NCBI GenBank assembly: GCA_963761335.1
Contig: CAVXGR010000012.1
Coordinates: 448,001-512,000 of the forward strand
Direction: 5' to 3'
Source: an uncultured delta proteobacterium
Lineage (GTDB): Bacteria > Desulfobacterota > Binatia > HRBIN30 > BPIQ01
DNA: 64,000 nt
A model generated the notes under the pieces. The model worked only from the letters and a program-made list of their open reading frames with translations. It was not told the origin of the DNA and searched no databases. This document shows, in pieces, positions 35,649 through 45,432 of the stretch (positions within the stretch are counted from its first letter, which is position 1; the number at the start of each line of letters is the position of its first letter). A program made the translations under genes and the position numbers.

Positions 35649-37348
35649 GTGACATCACTGGTGGTGAGCTTCTGGCGCGCTGTCTCGCCGGCGAGAACGT
35701 CAAGTTCCTGTTCGGCCTGCCGTCTCCGGAGATCGACCCGCTGCTGGCGCAGCTACCGGGCCACGGCATTCGCATGGTTCCGGTGCGCCACGAGGCCGCC
35801 GGAGCGCACATGGCCGAGGGCCTCTACAAGACCACGGGTCAGGTGGCGGTCGTCCTCGGCAACCCCGGCCCCGGCTCCGCCAACCTGCTGGCGGGAGTGA
35901 TCACGGCGCGCCACGAAGGCGTGCCGCTGCTGGCGCTCACCTCGCAGCACCGCCTCGGCCTCGTCTATCCCTCACCGCCGTCGACCTTCCAGGGGCAGGA
36001 CCAGCTCGAGGTGTTCAAGCCGGCCGTCAAGTGGGGCGGCCCGATCCTCTCCTGGGAACGCATTCCCGAGGTCGTCCGCCTCGCCTTTCGCGAGATGTGG
36101 AACGGCCGGCCCGGTCCGGTTCACATCGAGCTGCCGGCGCCGGTGCTCTACGCCACCGGCGACGAGCGCAGCGCTCCGGTGCTGCCGCCCTCCGCCTATC
36201 GCGCCCCGCAACCACAGGCCTCGGAGGCGCAGCTGCAGCAGGCGGCCGCCATGCTCGCTGCGGCCCAGCGGCCGCTGGTGGTCGCCGGCTCGGGCGTCGA
36301 TCGCGGCGACGCCAACGCTGCTCTGCTGGAGATCGTCCACCTGCTGAAGTGTCCGGTGATCACCACCATGGCGGGGCGGGCCACCGTTCCCCTGGATCAT
36401 CCCGACTATGTCTTCGGCTTCGGCCGCGGCGGCGATCTGGTCAAGCAGGAGGCCGACGTCGTTCTCGTCGCCGGCTCGCGCCTCGGCAACCTCGACCTCC
36501 CCTACGACAAGTACTGGGGCGATGCGGCGCACCAGCGGCTGATCCAGATCGACGTCGATCCGCGCAACATGGGGGTCACCCGCCCGCTCGCTCTCGGCAT
36601 CGTCGCCGACGTCGGCAATGCGCTCGAGGGGCTGCTGCGCCTGCTGCGCGCCGAGGCGATCCGCAGCGACGGCAGCGACCTGCCCCGCTACCGCCAGGCG
36701 GCGCAGGCGTGGCGAGACGAGCAGCTGGCCGGCGTGTCGAGCTGGTCGGGGCCGGGAATCCATCCGGCACACGCCATGGAGGCCGTGGGCCGCGTCTTCG
36801 GCCGCGACGCCGTGTACGTCACCGACGGCGGCAACACCTCGCTGTGGGCGCATTCGTTTCTGCCGCCGACGCGGCCGCGTTCGTATCACAGCATCCTCGA
36901 GCTCGGCATGCTCGGCACCGGCATCCCGTCGGCGATCGGCGCCAAGCTCGGCGCGCCCGAGCGCGAGGTCGTCTGCGTCAGCGGCGACGGCGCCGCCGGC
37001 TTTCATTTCATGGAGATGCAGTCGGCGGCGCGCGAGGGCCTGAAGCTCACCACGGTCGTCTTCGCCGAGGGCTCCTGGACCATGGAGGAGCCCAACGAGC
37101 GGATGCTCTACGGCCGCACCTTCGGCACCGAGCAGGGGACCATCCGCTGGGACAAGGTCGCCGAGGGGCTCGGCTGTCACGGCGAGTACGCCGAGCGCAT
37201 CGACGACGTCGAGCCCGCCCTGCGCCGCGCCCAGGCCGCCGCTGGCCCCGCCGTCGTCTGCCTGCGCACCGACCGCGAGGCGAATCTCTCCATCCCGCAG
37301 GAGATGATGCTCCGCTTCGCCGAGGTCTACCAGGGACCGATCGGGTGA
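35645..37348 (+). CDS. Thiamine diphosphate-binding enzyme (acetolactate synthase large subunit-like)
   Basis: RHEAAGAHMAEG, GPGSANL, GRPGPVHIELP, GDGAAGF. Confidence 0.88.
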   Translation: MSDITGGELLARCLAGENVKFLFGLPSPEIDPLLAQLPGHGIRMVPVRHEAAGAHMAEGLYKTTGQVAVVLGNPGPGSANLLAGVITARHEGVPLLALTSQHRLGLVYPSPPSTFQGQDQLEVFKPAVKWGGPILSWERIPEVVRLAFREMWNGRPGPVHIELPAPVLYATGDERSAPVLPPSAYRAPQPQASEAQLQQAAAMLAAAQRPLVVAGSGVDRGDANAALLEIVHLLKCPVITTMAGRATVPLDHPDYVFGFGRGGDLVKQEADVVLVAGSRLGNLDLPYDKYWGDAAHQRLIQIDVDPRNMGVTRPLALGIVADVGNALEGLLRLLRAEAIRSDGSDLPRYRQAAQAWRDEQLAGVSSWSGPGIHPAHAMEAVGRVFGRDAVYVTDGGNTSLWAHSFLPPTRPRSYHSILELGMLGTGIPSAIGAKLGAPEREVVCVSGDGAAGFHFMEMQSAAREGLKLTTVVFAEGSWTMEEPNERMLYGRTFGTEQGTIRWDKVAEGLGCHGEYAERIDDVEPALRRAQAAAGPAVVCLRTDREANLSIPQEMMLRFAEVYQGPIG

Positions 37349-37364
37349 GAGACGCGGTGGCGGC

Positions 37365-37546
37365 GTGTTGAGTGTTGGGTGTTGTTGAGGTGCTGGGTGC
37401 TGGGCGTTGGGTGTTGGGGGAAGAGAAAGAGGCAGGGGTCCCGTGGTCGGGGAGACGCCACGACCCATCCAGCACGCCCTAAAACAGCCAACACCCAGCA
37501 CCTCAACACCCAGCGCCTCAGCACCTCAGCGCGTCGGCGCCTCAGC
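37365..37546. repeat. Inverted arrays of heptamer tandem repeats between convergent genes
   Basis: (GTGYTGR)n at 37365-37417 facing (YCARCRC)n at 37488-37546. Confidence 0.8.
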
Positions 37547-37561
37547 AGTACGGCTTGCCGT

Positions 37562-38530
37562 TCACACGGTCCCGAAAATGCTCGCGGCGGTCGCCACCAC
37601 GTCACCTGGATCGAGCTGCTGGCTGGCGTTGGCGTCGTCGAGCCGGCACTCGGCACGGGTTGCCGCGGCGAGGTGCTCGACGAAGGCGGTGACGTCCGCC
37701 GCGCCGGCGGCCGCATCGCAGTTGGCATCCCCCGGAGGGCCGCCGACTCCGAAGACGTGCTCTGCCGTGTTGTTGCTCTCGTCGGTCTCGAGAAGGGTGT
37801 TGTCGGGGTCCAGCTCCCAGCGCAGCAGATGCGTCCCCGCCGTCGCCGTCCAGCTCGAGGTGCAATAGATCGGTCCCGGATTCTCGGCGGTGAAATCGAT
37901 GGTGCCGGCACACTGCACTTCGCCGTCGACCAGGGCGCGCCCCCCGGCGGGCACGTCGAAGCCAACGCCATCGAGCCGATAGTCGACGTGTAGGAACACC
38001 TCCTCCCCGGCGTTGGCGATCGCCACCTCGTCGCCGCCGTTGGGCGCGGTGCGCAGGTAGGCGCGCTCGGCCACCAGATCCGCGGACGGGTCGCCGACCG
38101 TGAAGACGACCTCGGCGACATTGTTGTCCTCATTGGTCTCGTCGATGGCGAAATCGGAGTCGAGCTCCCAGCGAAGCACGTGCGTCCCCGGGGTCGCCGT
38201 CCAGCTGTCGGTGCAATAGACGACGAACTCGCCCTCCGGCATCAGGTCGACCGCCCCGCCGCATTGCTCCTCGCCGTCCAGCAGCCCGCGCACGTTGGCG
38301 GTGATCGGCATGGTCGTGCCGTCGACGTGATAGGCGACGTGGAGGTAGACAGCCTGCCCTAGCGCCGGGTCCGTCACCGCGTCGCCGCCGTTGGGCGCGG
38401 TGCGCAGGTAGGCGCTCTCGGCGACGATGTCGATCTCCTGGGCCGCGGCGCCGACGGCCATGCCCGAGACGATCAGCAGCAGGGCAGCGGCGGTGCGAAA
38501 CGAACTTCTTGCAGCAAGACCGGTCTCCAT
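37562..38530 (-). CDS. Secreted protein with two CARDB-like Ig repeats and a C-terminal dockerin-like domain
   Basis: Signal peptide; two repeats with AYLRTAPNGGD, WTATxGTHxLRWELD and ETxExNN; C-terminal GDANCD...D and DDANASQQLDPGD EF-hand-like pair. Confidence 0.7.
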   Translation of the reverse strand: METGLAARSSFRTAAALLLIVSGMAVGAAAQEIDIVAESAYLRTAPNGGDAVTDPALGQAVYLHVAYHVDGTTMPITANVRGLLDGEEQCGGAVDLMPEGEFVVYCTDSWTATPGTHVLRWELDSDFAIDETNEDNNVAEVVFTVGDPSADLVAERAYLRTAPNGGDEVAIANAGEEVFLHVDYRLDGVGFDVPAGGRALVDGEVQCAGTIDFTAENPGPIYCTSSWTATAGTHLLRWELDPDNTLLETDESNNTAEHVFGVGGPPGDANCDAAAGAADVTAFVEHLAAATRAECRLDDANASQQLDPGDVVATAASIFGTV

Positions 38531-38765
38531 GGCGTTTCCCTCCACCCGGGTTTTGCTCTCGGCCTTAGCGCGGGGCGCGAGAAACGGTCAACAGGGAATC
38601 GCCGACGACGAAGAGAGCTACTCGATGGCTCGGTTGCCTTGAGCGCTTTCTCGGTTGTCCGGATTCAGTGTTCTCGGGTTCCAGCGTCTTCGGGGCAATT
38701 CCAATGTGAACAAACGAAGGAATTGCATTTCCCCCAAGAATCGTCTCAAGATACGGACCATTCCG

Positions 38766-39935
38766 ATGCCAGGGAAGCGCAAAGTGAAGCCCACCGTTCC
38801 CGGTTTTCCAATCTGGTGGCACCTATCGGCAGTCCTCCTTCTGAGTGCAGTGGCTCGTGCCTCCGCTGCACCCTTGAACCCCGGAACGCTAATCGTGCAA
38901 AGCCAAGACGACGGCTACTGGAGCGTAGTTGAAAACGGCGAATTCGTGGGGGAATGTCCCCCGCAAGACGACGGCCAGGTCGGAGGGATGGTTGCCACGA
39001 ATGACGGCTATGTTTTGACGGTGTCGCAGGACAACGGTAACTCGCGAATCTTCGCAATTGGTTAAGGCTGCGAGCCACAGGCTCCGGACGTTACGTTTCA
39101 AGGGGTGGACTTTCTGGGAATCGCACTCGACCCGGCGGGCGATGTCTGGGTGAGCGATACTCGATCCGGAGCACTCTTCGACTTGGATCTTGAGGGGGCA
39201 GCCATTCGTCGGACCATAATGCTTCCGCAGGAAGCTCGTCCACCCTTTCTTCAAGACATCGACGGGGAGGGCAACCTCTACCTCCGGACGACCAATACAT
39301 CTGATGTGTACTCCGTCGCTCCTGCAACCGGGCTGGCCCATCACATCCCGGTCAGGGGCACCTATATTCGTGTCGATCCTTTTGGCCATCTTTGGTTTTC
39401 AGGGAACACCCTACTGGAGGTCACCCGAGACGGGTACGTCCTGAACGAATTCACCCCCCGCATTGCGGGACCCCCGACTTTCGAGTCGGCGCATGTTCTG
39501 TGGTATCCAAGCTTCAACAACGACGATTTCATTCCGCTCACCCGCATTACAACCGCGGGCACGGTGCTTTTCTCAGTGCTTGTCGACTTCGGGTCACCGG
39601 AGAACTATCCGTACATCGCCTTTGTGCCTCCTGCGCCCAAGGGGCCGCTGCCAACCTCTTCGCCCACAGCCCCGCCCACTCCCTCATTGACCGCTACAAG
39701 TACGCCCTCCTCCACTTGGACGGCGTCATCAACGCCGACCGAGTCTCCAACCGCATCTCCAGTCCCCGCAACGAAGACGGAAACACCTCCCGAGCTTCCG
39801 GCTGACGTTGGTGGCTGCCACGTCGACCATGGCACAACGGCAAGCGCATTCCTCATGCTTTCAATACTCTTGCTAGCTGTGGGACGCTGGCGACGAGACT
39901 CTCGGCCTCCACCGAGAGGCGCGCAACCCGGGTAA
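38766..39935 (+). pseudogene. Secreted beta-propeller-like protein with Pro/Thr linker and MYXO-CTERM-like anchor, interrupted by an in-frame TAA at 39063-39065
   Basis: ORFs 38655..39065 and 39105..39935 share a frame with no other stop between them; GIALDPAGDVWVSD repeat; GGC-x-TM-RWRR tail. Confidence 0.65.
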
Positions 39936-39996
39936 CCCGAGAACGGTGCGACCGCCGGTATTATCCTTCCGGCCGCGCCTGGGTTATGCTCGGCAA

Positions 39997-40395
39997 ATGA
40001 GCGGACGGGCCGCAGACTGGCTCCGGCAGGGCGAGGCCGACCTGGAGCACGCCGGCGAGGCGCTGCGTGTCGGCCATCACGAGTGGGCGTGCTTCGCAGC
40101 GCAGCAGGCCGCGGAAAAGGCCGCCAAGGCGGCGCATGCCGCCCTCGGTCAGGAAGCCTGGGGCCATGTGGTCACCGAGCTCCTCGAGGCGCTGCGCACA
40201 CACGAGCCTGCCATCGACGACGCCCTGCTCGACCGCGCTCGCAGCCTCGACAAGCTGTACATCCCGACGCGCTACCCAAACGGATTGGCGGGCGGGGCTC
40301 CGGCAGATTTCTACACGCGCGCTGAAGCGGAGCGCGCCATCAGAGACGCGGAGGCGGTCCTTGCGCTGTGTCGAAGAGTGCTATCGCGGGCGTAA
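39997..40395 (+). CDS. HEPN domain protein
   Basis: WACFAAQQAAEKAAKA, WGH, LDKLYIPTRYPN. Confidence 0.88.
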   Translation: MSGRAADWLRQGEADLEHAGEALRVGHHEWACFAAQQAAEKAAKAAHAALGQEAWGHVVTELLEALRTHEPAIDDALLDRARSLDKLYIPTRYPNGLAGGAPADFYTRAEAERAIRDAEAVLALCRRVLSRA

Positions 40396-40747
40396 CGTCC
40401 GCGTCTTCCGCCTCGATCGCGAAGCGATCCTGCGCCGCTTGCGCCAGCGAGCCCGCGCCCTGTTGGAGAACGAGGCGGACGTGGCGGAGGTGCGCCTCTT
40501 CGGGTCCCTGGCGCGCGGCGATGCACACCCCGGTAGCGACGCCGACATCTTCATTGTCCTGCGCGACGGCGCAGCACCCTTCATCGATCGCATTCCCCGG
40601 CTGGCGCGCTACTTCGGCGGTATCGGCATTGGATGTGACGTGATCGCGTACACCGAGTCCGAATGGGCCGATATCGCCAGGAGTGGCGACCGTTTTTCGC
40701 GTGCCGTCCTCGACGAGGGCATCGTGCTGGCGGAGCGGGACCGGTGA
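40361..40747 (+). CDS. Minimal nucleotidyltransferase (MNT), partner of the HEPN protein
   Basis: LFGSLARGD...SDADIFIV (GS-x10-DxD); overlaps HEPN 3' end; start uncertain. Confidence 0.85.
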   Translation: MRCVEECYRGRNVRVFRLDREAILRRLRQRARALLENEADVAEVRLFGSLARGDAHPGSDADIFIVLRDGAAPFIDRIPRLARYFGGIGIGCDVIAYTESEWADIARSGDRFSRAVLDEGIVLAERDR

Positions 40748-40809
40748 ATCAGCGCCACACCGCACTCCACAACTCGTGAACCCGACGACTCGAAAACCCG
40801 ATAACCCAC

Positions 40810-43800
40810 CTACCACGTATCGACGCAGGGCCGCTTTTTTCCTCGCCGCGACTGCGGCGGCGGCAGGGATCGCAACAGAGAGACTACCCATTGCCGCGAG
40901 TCGGCCGGGTCGATGACGTCGTCGATCTCGAAGTGGCTGGCGCTGTTGAGCGCCTTGCCGTGCTCGTAGGCGCGCTCCACCATGTGCTCGAAGAGCTGGC
41001 GGCGCTGTAGCGGATCCTCCACCGCCTCGAGCTCCTTGCGGAAGCCGAGCTTCACGGCGCCCTCGAGACCCATGCCCCCGAACTCACCGGTGGGCCAGGA
41101 GACGGTGAACAGCGGCGCCTTGTGACTGCCGCCGCCCATCGCCTGCGCTCCGAGCCCGTACGACTTGCGCAGCACGATGGTGAAGAAGGGCACGCTCAGG
41201 TTGGCGCCGTTGACGAACATGCGGCAGCAGTGGCGCACCAGTGCCGTCCTCTCCGCCTCCGGGCCGACCATGATCCCGGGGGTGTCGCAGAGGAAGAGGA
41301 TGGGAATGTCGAAGGCGTCGCAGAGCTGCATGAAGCGGCTGGCCTTGTCGGCGGCGGCGGCATCGATGGCGCCGGAGAGGTGCTTCGGATTGTTGGCGAT
41401 CACGCCGAGCGGCCGGCCCTCGAGGCGGATGAAAGCGGTCACCATCCCCAGACCGAAGTGACGGCGCAGCTCCAGCATCGAGCCGCTGTCCGCGAGCGTC
41501 TCGATCACCGAGCCTATCTCGTACACACGCAGCCGCTTCTCCGGAATGATGCCGCGCAGCCGCCGCTGGTCGGCGCACTCCCAGAAGGCGATCGGCCCCT
41601 GGAAGTAGGACAGGTACTGCTTGGCGACACGCACCGCCGCGACCTCGTCGGCGACGGCGATGTCGACCACGCCGTTCGGCACCTGCACGTCCATCGGGCC
41701 GACGTCCTCCGGCCGGAAGACGCCGAGCCCGCCGCCCTCGATCATCGCCGGACCGCCCATGCCGATATTGGAGTTCTCGGTGGCGATCACCACGTCGCAG
41801 CAGCCGAGCAACGCCGCGTTGCCGGCAAAGCAGCGGCCCGAGTTGATTCCCACCAGCGGCACCAGACCGCTCAGCCGTCCGAAGAGATGAAAGGCCATGC
41901 AGTCGAGGCCGGCCACGCCGGGCGCATCGGTGTCGCCGGGACGCCCGCCGCCGCCCTCGGTGAAGAAGATCACCGGAGCGCGCAGCCGCTCGGCGAGCTC
42001 GAACATGCGGTCTTTCTTGCGGTGGTTCTGAAACCCCTGCGTCCCGGCGAGAACCGTGTAGTCGTACGACATCACCACGCAGCGGGCACCGGGCTCGTCG
42101 AAGAGATCGCCATTGACGCTGCCGACGCCGGCGACCAGCCCATCGGCCGGGGTGCGCTGGATCAGATCCTCGACGGAGCGCCGCTGCCGCTGCGCCGCGA
42201 TCGCCAGGCTGCCGTACTCGACGAAGCTGCCCGGGTCGCAGAGATCGGCGACGTTTTCCCGCGCCGTGCGCTGCCCCGTCCTGCGGCGGCGGGCCACCGC
42301 CTCGGGGCGCTCGGCGTCGCCGGTGAGCGCATGGCGACGGCGCACCTCTTCGAGATCGGCGCGGGCGGCGTCGAGATCGAGGGGCGCCGCTGTCGATACG
42401 TCCTCCTCCGGTGCTTCGCCGAGCTGAATGACCACCAGCACCTGCCCCTCCGGCACCGTATCACCCTGCGCCACTACCAGATGGCGCACCACGCCGCTCG
42501 CCGGTGCGTGCACGACGTGCTCCATCTTCATGGCGTTCATCACCAGCAGCGCCTGGCCCTGGCGGACCGTCTCGCCCTCGGCGATGTCGATGCTGACGAT
42601 CGTCCCCTGCATGGACGAGTGCACCGCCACTGCGTCCTCGAGGCCCGCCAGATCCAGCCCCGGAGCGACCTGCGGCCGCGCCTCGGGCGGGGCGGACGAC
42701 GGCCCCCTCCCCTCACCTTTCCCATAGGCGAGCACCGCCAGCGGATCGGTCGCATCGACAGTCGCGCCGGTGCGCGCGGCGGCCGGGACCTCGGCGACCG
42801 CCGCCGCCAGCTCGGCGGCGTGCTCCTCGACGAAGGCCGTGTGAATGCGATTGGCCGTGAAGTCCGGCTGCTCCAGCAGGCGCGTCAGAAACGGCGCATT
42901 GGTCGCCACGCCGTCCACCCGCAGCTCGGCGAGCGCCCGTCGCGCTCGAGCCACGGCATCCGCAAAGCTCGGGGAGCTCGAGTGCGCCACCAGCTTGATG
43001 AGCAGCGCATCGAAGTGGGGGTTGGTCTGGTAGCCGGGATGAGCAGCGGTATCGACGCGCACCCCCGGACCGCTGGGCAGCCGCAGTGCGCCGATCCTCC
43101 CGCTGGCGGGCCGCGGCGCGCCGTCGGCGCCGAAGGTCTCGGCGTTGATTCGCAGCTGAATCGCGAAGCCGCGCGGCGCCGGCATGCGTGCCGGCTCGAG
43201 GCCGACGGCAGCCAGTGAAGCGCCGGAGGCGAGCTCCAGCTGAACGCGCACCAGGTCGACGCCGGTCACCTCCTCGGTGACGGTGTGCTCGACCTGCAGC
43301 CGGGGGTTCGCCTCGATGAAGGCGTACGCCGGCATCGCCGCTCCGCCTTGCCCCCACGGGCCGTGCGTGTCGATCGCCTCGGCGTCGACGAGAAACTCGA
43401 ATGTTCCGACATTGCGATAGCCGATCTCCTCCGCCATGCGCACCGCGTGGGCCGTGAGCCGCGCCCGCAGCTCGGGAGACAGGCTCGGGCAGGGCGCGAT
43501 CTCCACGAGCTTCTGATGGCGCCGCTGTAGGCTGCACTCGCGTTCGCCGAGGTGGACGACGGCGCCGGAACCGTCGCCGACGATCTGCACCTCGACGTGC
43601 CGCGCCCGCGGCATGAGCTGCTCGACGTAGAGGTCGCCGTTGCCGAATGCCTGCATCGCCTCGGAGCGACAGCGGGCGTAGGCATCGGCGATCTCGCCGG
43701 CTCGATGCACGACGCGCATGCCCCGTCCGCCGCCGCCGGCGACAGCCTTGATGGCAACGGCGGCGTCCTCGTCGAGCGAGGACAGAAACTCGATGGCCTC

Positions 43801-44217
43801 CTCGATGGTCACCGCTGCGGCGGAGCCGCGCAGCACGGGGACGCCGCAGCGTTCCGCCAGCGCCCGCGCCCGCGTCTTGTCACCGAGGATCTCCAGGGTC
43901 TCGGGTCGCGGGCCGACGAAGGCGATCCCCTCGGCCTCCACCCGGCGCGCCAGCGCGGCGCTCTCGCTGAGAAAGCCGTAGCCGGGATGCAGCGCGTCGC
44001 AGCCGCAGCTCCTGGCGGCGCCGAGCAGCTGCTCGGCATCGAGATAGGCCGCCGCGCCGGTGCCGCGCAGCGGCCGCGCCTCGCCAGCGAGGTGGGCGTG
44101 CAGCGCCCCAGCATCGTCCTCCGAATAGACTGCCACGCTGCGCATCCCGAGCTCGGCCGCACCCCGCATGATGCGCACGGCGATCTCTCCGCGGTTGGCG
44201 ACGAGAAGCTTCTTCAT
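40810..44217 (-). CDS. Single-chain biotin-dependent acyl-CoA carboxylase (BC-BCCP-CT fusion)
   Basis: LVANRGEIA, HPGYGFLSE, AMKME biotin site, CT motifs GGGGRPGD and DTPGIMVGP. Confidence 0.92.
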   Translation of the reverse strand: MKKLLVANRGEIAVRIMRGAAELGMRSVAVYSEDDAGALHAHLAGEARPLRGTGAAAYLDAEQLLGAARSCGCDALHPGYGFLSESAALARRVEAEGIAFVGPRPETLEILGDKTRARALAERCGVPVLRGSAAAVTIEEAIEFLSSLDEDAAVAIKAVAGGGGRGMRVVHRAGEIADAYARCRSEAMQAFGNGDLYVEQLMPRARHVEVQIVGDGSGAVVHLGERECSLQRRHQKLVEIAPCPSLSPELRARLTAHAVRMAEEIGYRNVGTFEFLVDAEAIDTHGPWGQGGAAMPAYAFIEANPRLQVEHTVTEEVTGVDLVRVQLELASGASLAAVGLEPARMPAPRGFAIQLRINAETFGADGAPRPASGRIGALRLPSGPGVRVDTAAHPGYQTNPHFDALLIKLVAHSSSPSFADAVARARRALAELRVDGVATNAPFLTRLLEQPDFTANRIHTAFVEEHAAELAAAVAEVPAAARTGATVDATDPLAVLAYGKGEGRGPSSAPPEARPQVAPGLDLAGLEDAVAVHSSMQGTIVSIDIAEGETVRQGQALLVMNAMKMEHVVHAPASGVVRHLVVAQGDTVPEGQVLVVIQLGEAPEEDVSTAAPLDLDAARADLEEVRRRHALTGDAERPEAVARRRRTGQRTARENVADLCDPGSFVEYGSLAIAAQRQRRSVEDLIQRTPADGLVAGVGSVNGDLFDEPGARCVVMSYDYTVLAGTQGFQNHRKKDRMFELAERLRAPVIFFTEGGGGRPGDTDAPGVAGLDCMAFHLFGRLSGLVPLVGINSGRCFAGNAALLGCCDVVIATENSNIGMGGPAMIEGGGLGVFRPEDVGPMDVQVPNGVVDIAVADEVAAVRVAKQYLSYFQGPIAFWECADQRRLRGIIPEKRLRVYEIGSVIETLADSGSMLELRRHFGLGMVTAFIRLEGRPLGVIANNPKHLSGAIDAAAADKASRFMQLCDAFDIPILFLCDTPGIMVGPEAERTALVRHCCRMFVNGANLSVPFFTIVLRKSYGLGAQAMGGGSHKAPLFTVSWPTGEFGGMGLEGAVKLGFRKELEAVEDPLQRRQLFEHMVERAYEHGKALNSASHFEIDDVIDPADSRQWVVSLLRSLPPPQSRRGKKRPCVDTW

Positions 44218-44332
44218 GCGCCTTCTGCTCGCACAAACGGGGCGCTCAGGAAAGCGGGCGCGGCCGCTGGCACTGTCCTAGTTTGCCGATCCGACTACGC
44301 AATTATCTCCCGCCCGCCTCGCGCAAGGGTCT

Positions 44333-44469
44333 CCTCTCCCCGCATTCTTTTGGCGGGGAGAGGATCAAGGTGAGGGGCTTCTTTCACTGAAAGTTCGCGA
44401 TTTCTGCGGCGTTCAAGAAGATCGGAACCCTCACCCCGTCCCTCTCCCGCGAAACAATGCGGGAGAGGG
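44333..44469. repeat. Pair of inverted REP-like palindromes (CCCTCACCCC...CCTCTCCC-N-GGGAGAGG type)
   Basis: CCTCTCCCCGC-attcttttg-GCGGGGAGAGG...GGTGAGGGG and CCCTCACCCCGTCCCTCTCCCGC-gaaacaat-GCGGGAGAGGG. Confidence 0.75.
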
Positions 44470-44647
44470 CTGTGCATTCCCCAAAATTGGACAGCACTCG
44501 GCCGCTCGCGCCAGAGGGGACGGTGCGTCATGAGCCTGCGGCGCAGCTGCAGACGAACGAAAATCGAGCGGACCCGTAGCGGCAGGGCTTGCCCGGCCCG
44601 GCATCGCCAAGCGGGCTACCCCGCCACGCGGGAGGTTGTGCGTCTTC

Positions 44648-45283
44648 TCAAATCCATCCCAACACGCCGATGAACAGGAGGAGGCAGGCGGCGTCGAATG
44701 CGTAGATTGCCCCGACGGCGGTCACTTTCTGCCGAACCGTCGGCATGTCGTGCACCCAGAAGGCGACCACGAAGAAGATCAGGTAGCCGAAGAGGAAGAT
44801 CAGCCACGGTGTGCGCACGTTCCACCACCAGTAGTCCCAGGTGAGTTGGCCGGCCGCATTCAACACCAGCTCCACGACCACCGCGAGAATCGCCGCCAGC
44901 ACCGCGAACAGCCAACGGTTCGGCACGCCGAAGATCTTTCGGTGTCTGTCGGCCGGCAACGTCTTCGCAACTACGATCCCCATGATCGCGAACATGAAGC
45001 AGATCTCGATGTTGAGGCCGATCAGGATGAGATACGACGTCCGCCCCGGCGCGCCCCACACCGGGGCATGCTGCGTGAAGTGAAAGACCAGAGCGTTCCA
45101 GATCTCGTTGAACCAGTCCATGCCCCACAGGGCCAGGCCGGCGAAGACCACGTCCCAGTTCCGCCGCTCGATCTCGTTGGCGTACACGTACAAAACGAGC
45201 AGCAGGAACGGGATGACGTACCACTGAAACTGTCCGCCGTCGCGAAGGATCGCGAGCGCCCGGCTCGCTGCATCTGTCGGCAT
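44648..45283 (-). CDS. Multi-pass membrane protein of unknown function
   Basis: 211 aa, about 6 hydrophobic segments, Trp-rich (GMDWFNEIWN, GLNIEICFMF). Confidence 0.75.
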   Translation of the reverse strand: MPTDAASRALAILRDGGQFQWYVIPFLLLVLYVYANEIERRNWDVVFAGLALWGMDWFNEIWNALVFHFTQHAPVWGAPGRTSYLILIGLNIEICFMFAIMGIVVAKTLPADRHRKIFGVPNRWLFAVLAAILAVVVELVLNAAGQLTWDYWWWNVRTPWLIFLFGYLIFFVVAFWVHDMPTVRQKVTAVGAIYAFDAACLLLFIGVLGWI

Positions 45284-45432
45284 GTTCACCTCGGCCTCCG
45301 GCCTATCCCATATTGCATATCGCCAGAGGAGTAGCGATACGCCGTCAGCGATGCGCTGCCTCGACTTCTTGCCGGCAGTCCGCCGCCGCTGCCTTGCGCT
45401 CCGCCGGGCAATCTCGGCATCCTGAGATCGCC

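Noticed and set aside
37365..37546. CRISPR array
   Set aside because: Units are 7-mers with no unique spacers; no cas genes in the window
39997..40747. HEPN-MNT pair as a novel defence system
   Set aside because: A well-known widespread two-gene module; nothing unusual seen
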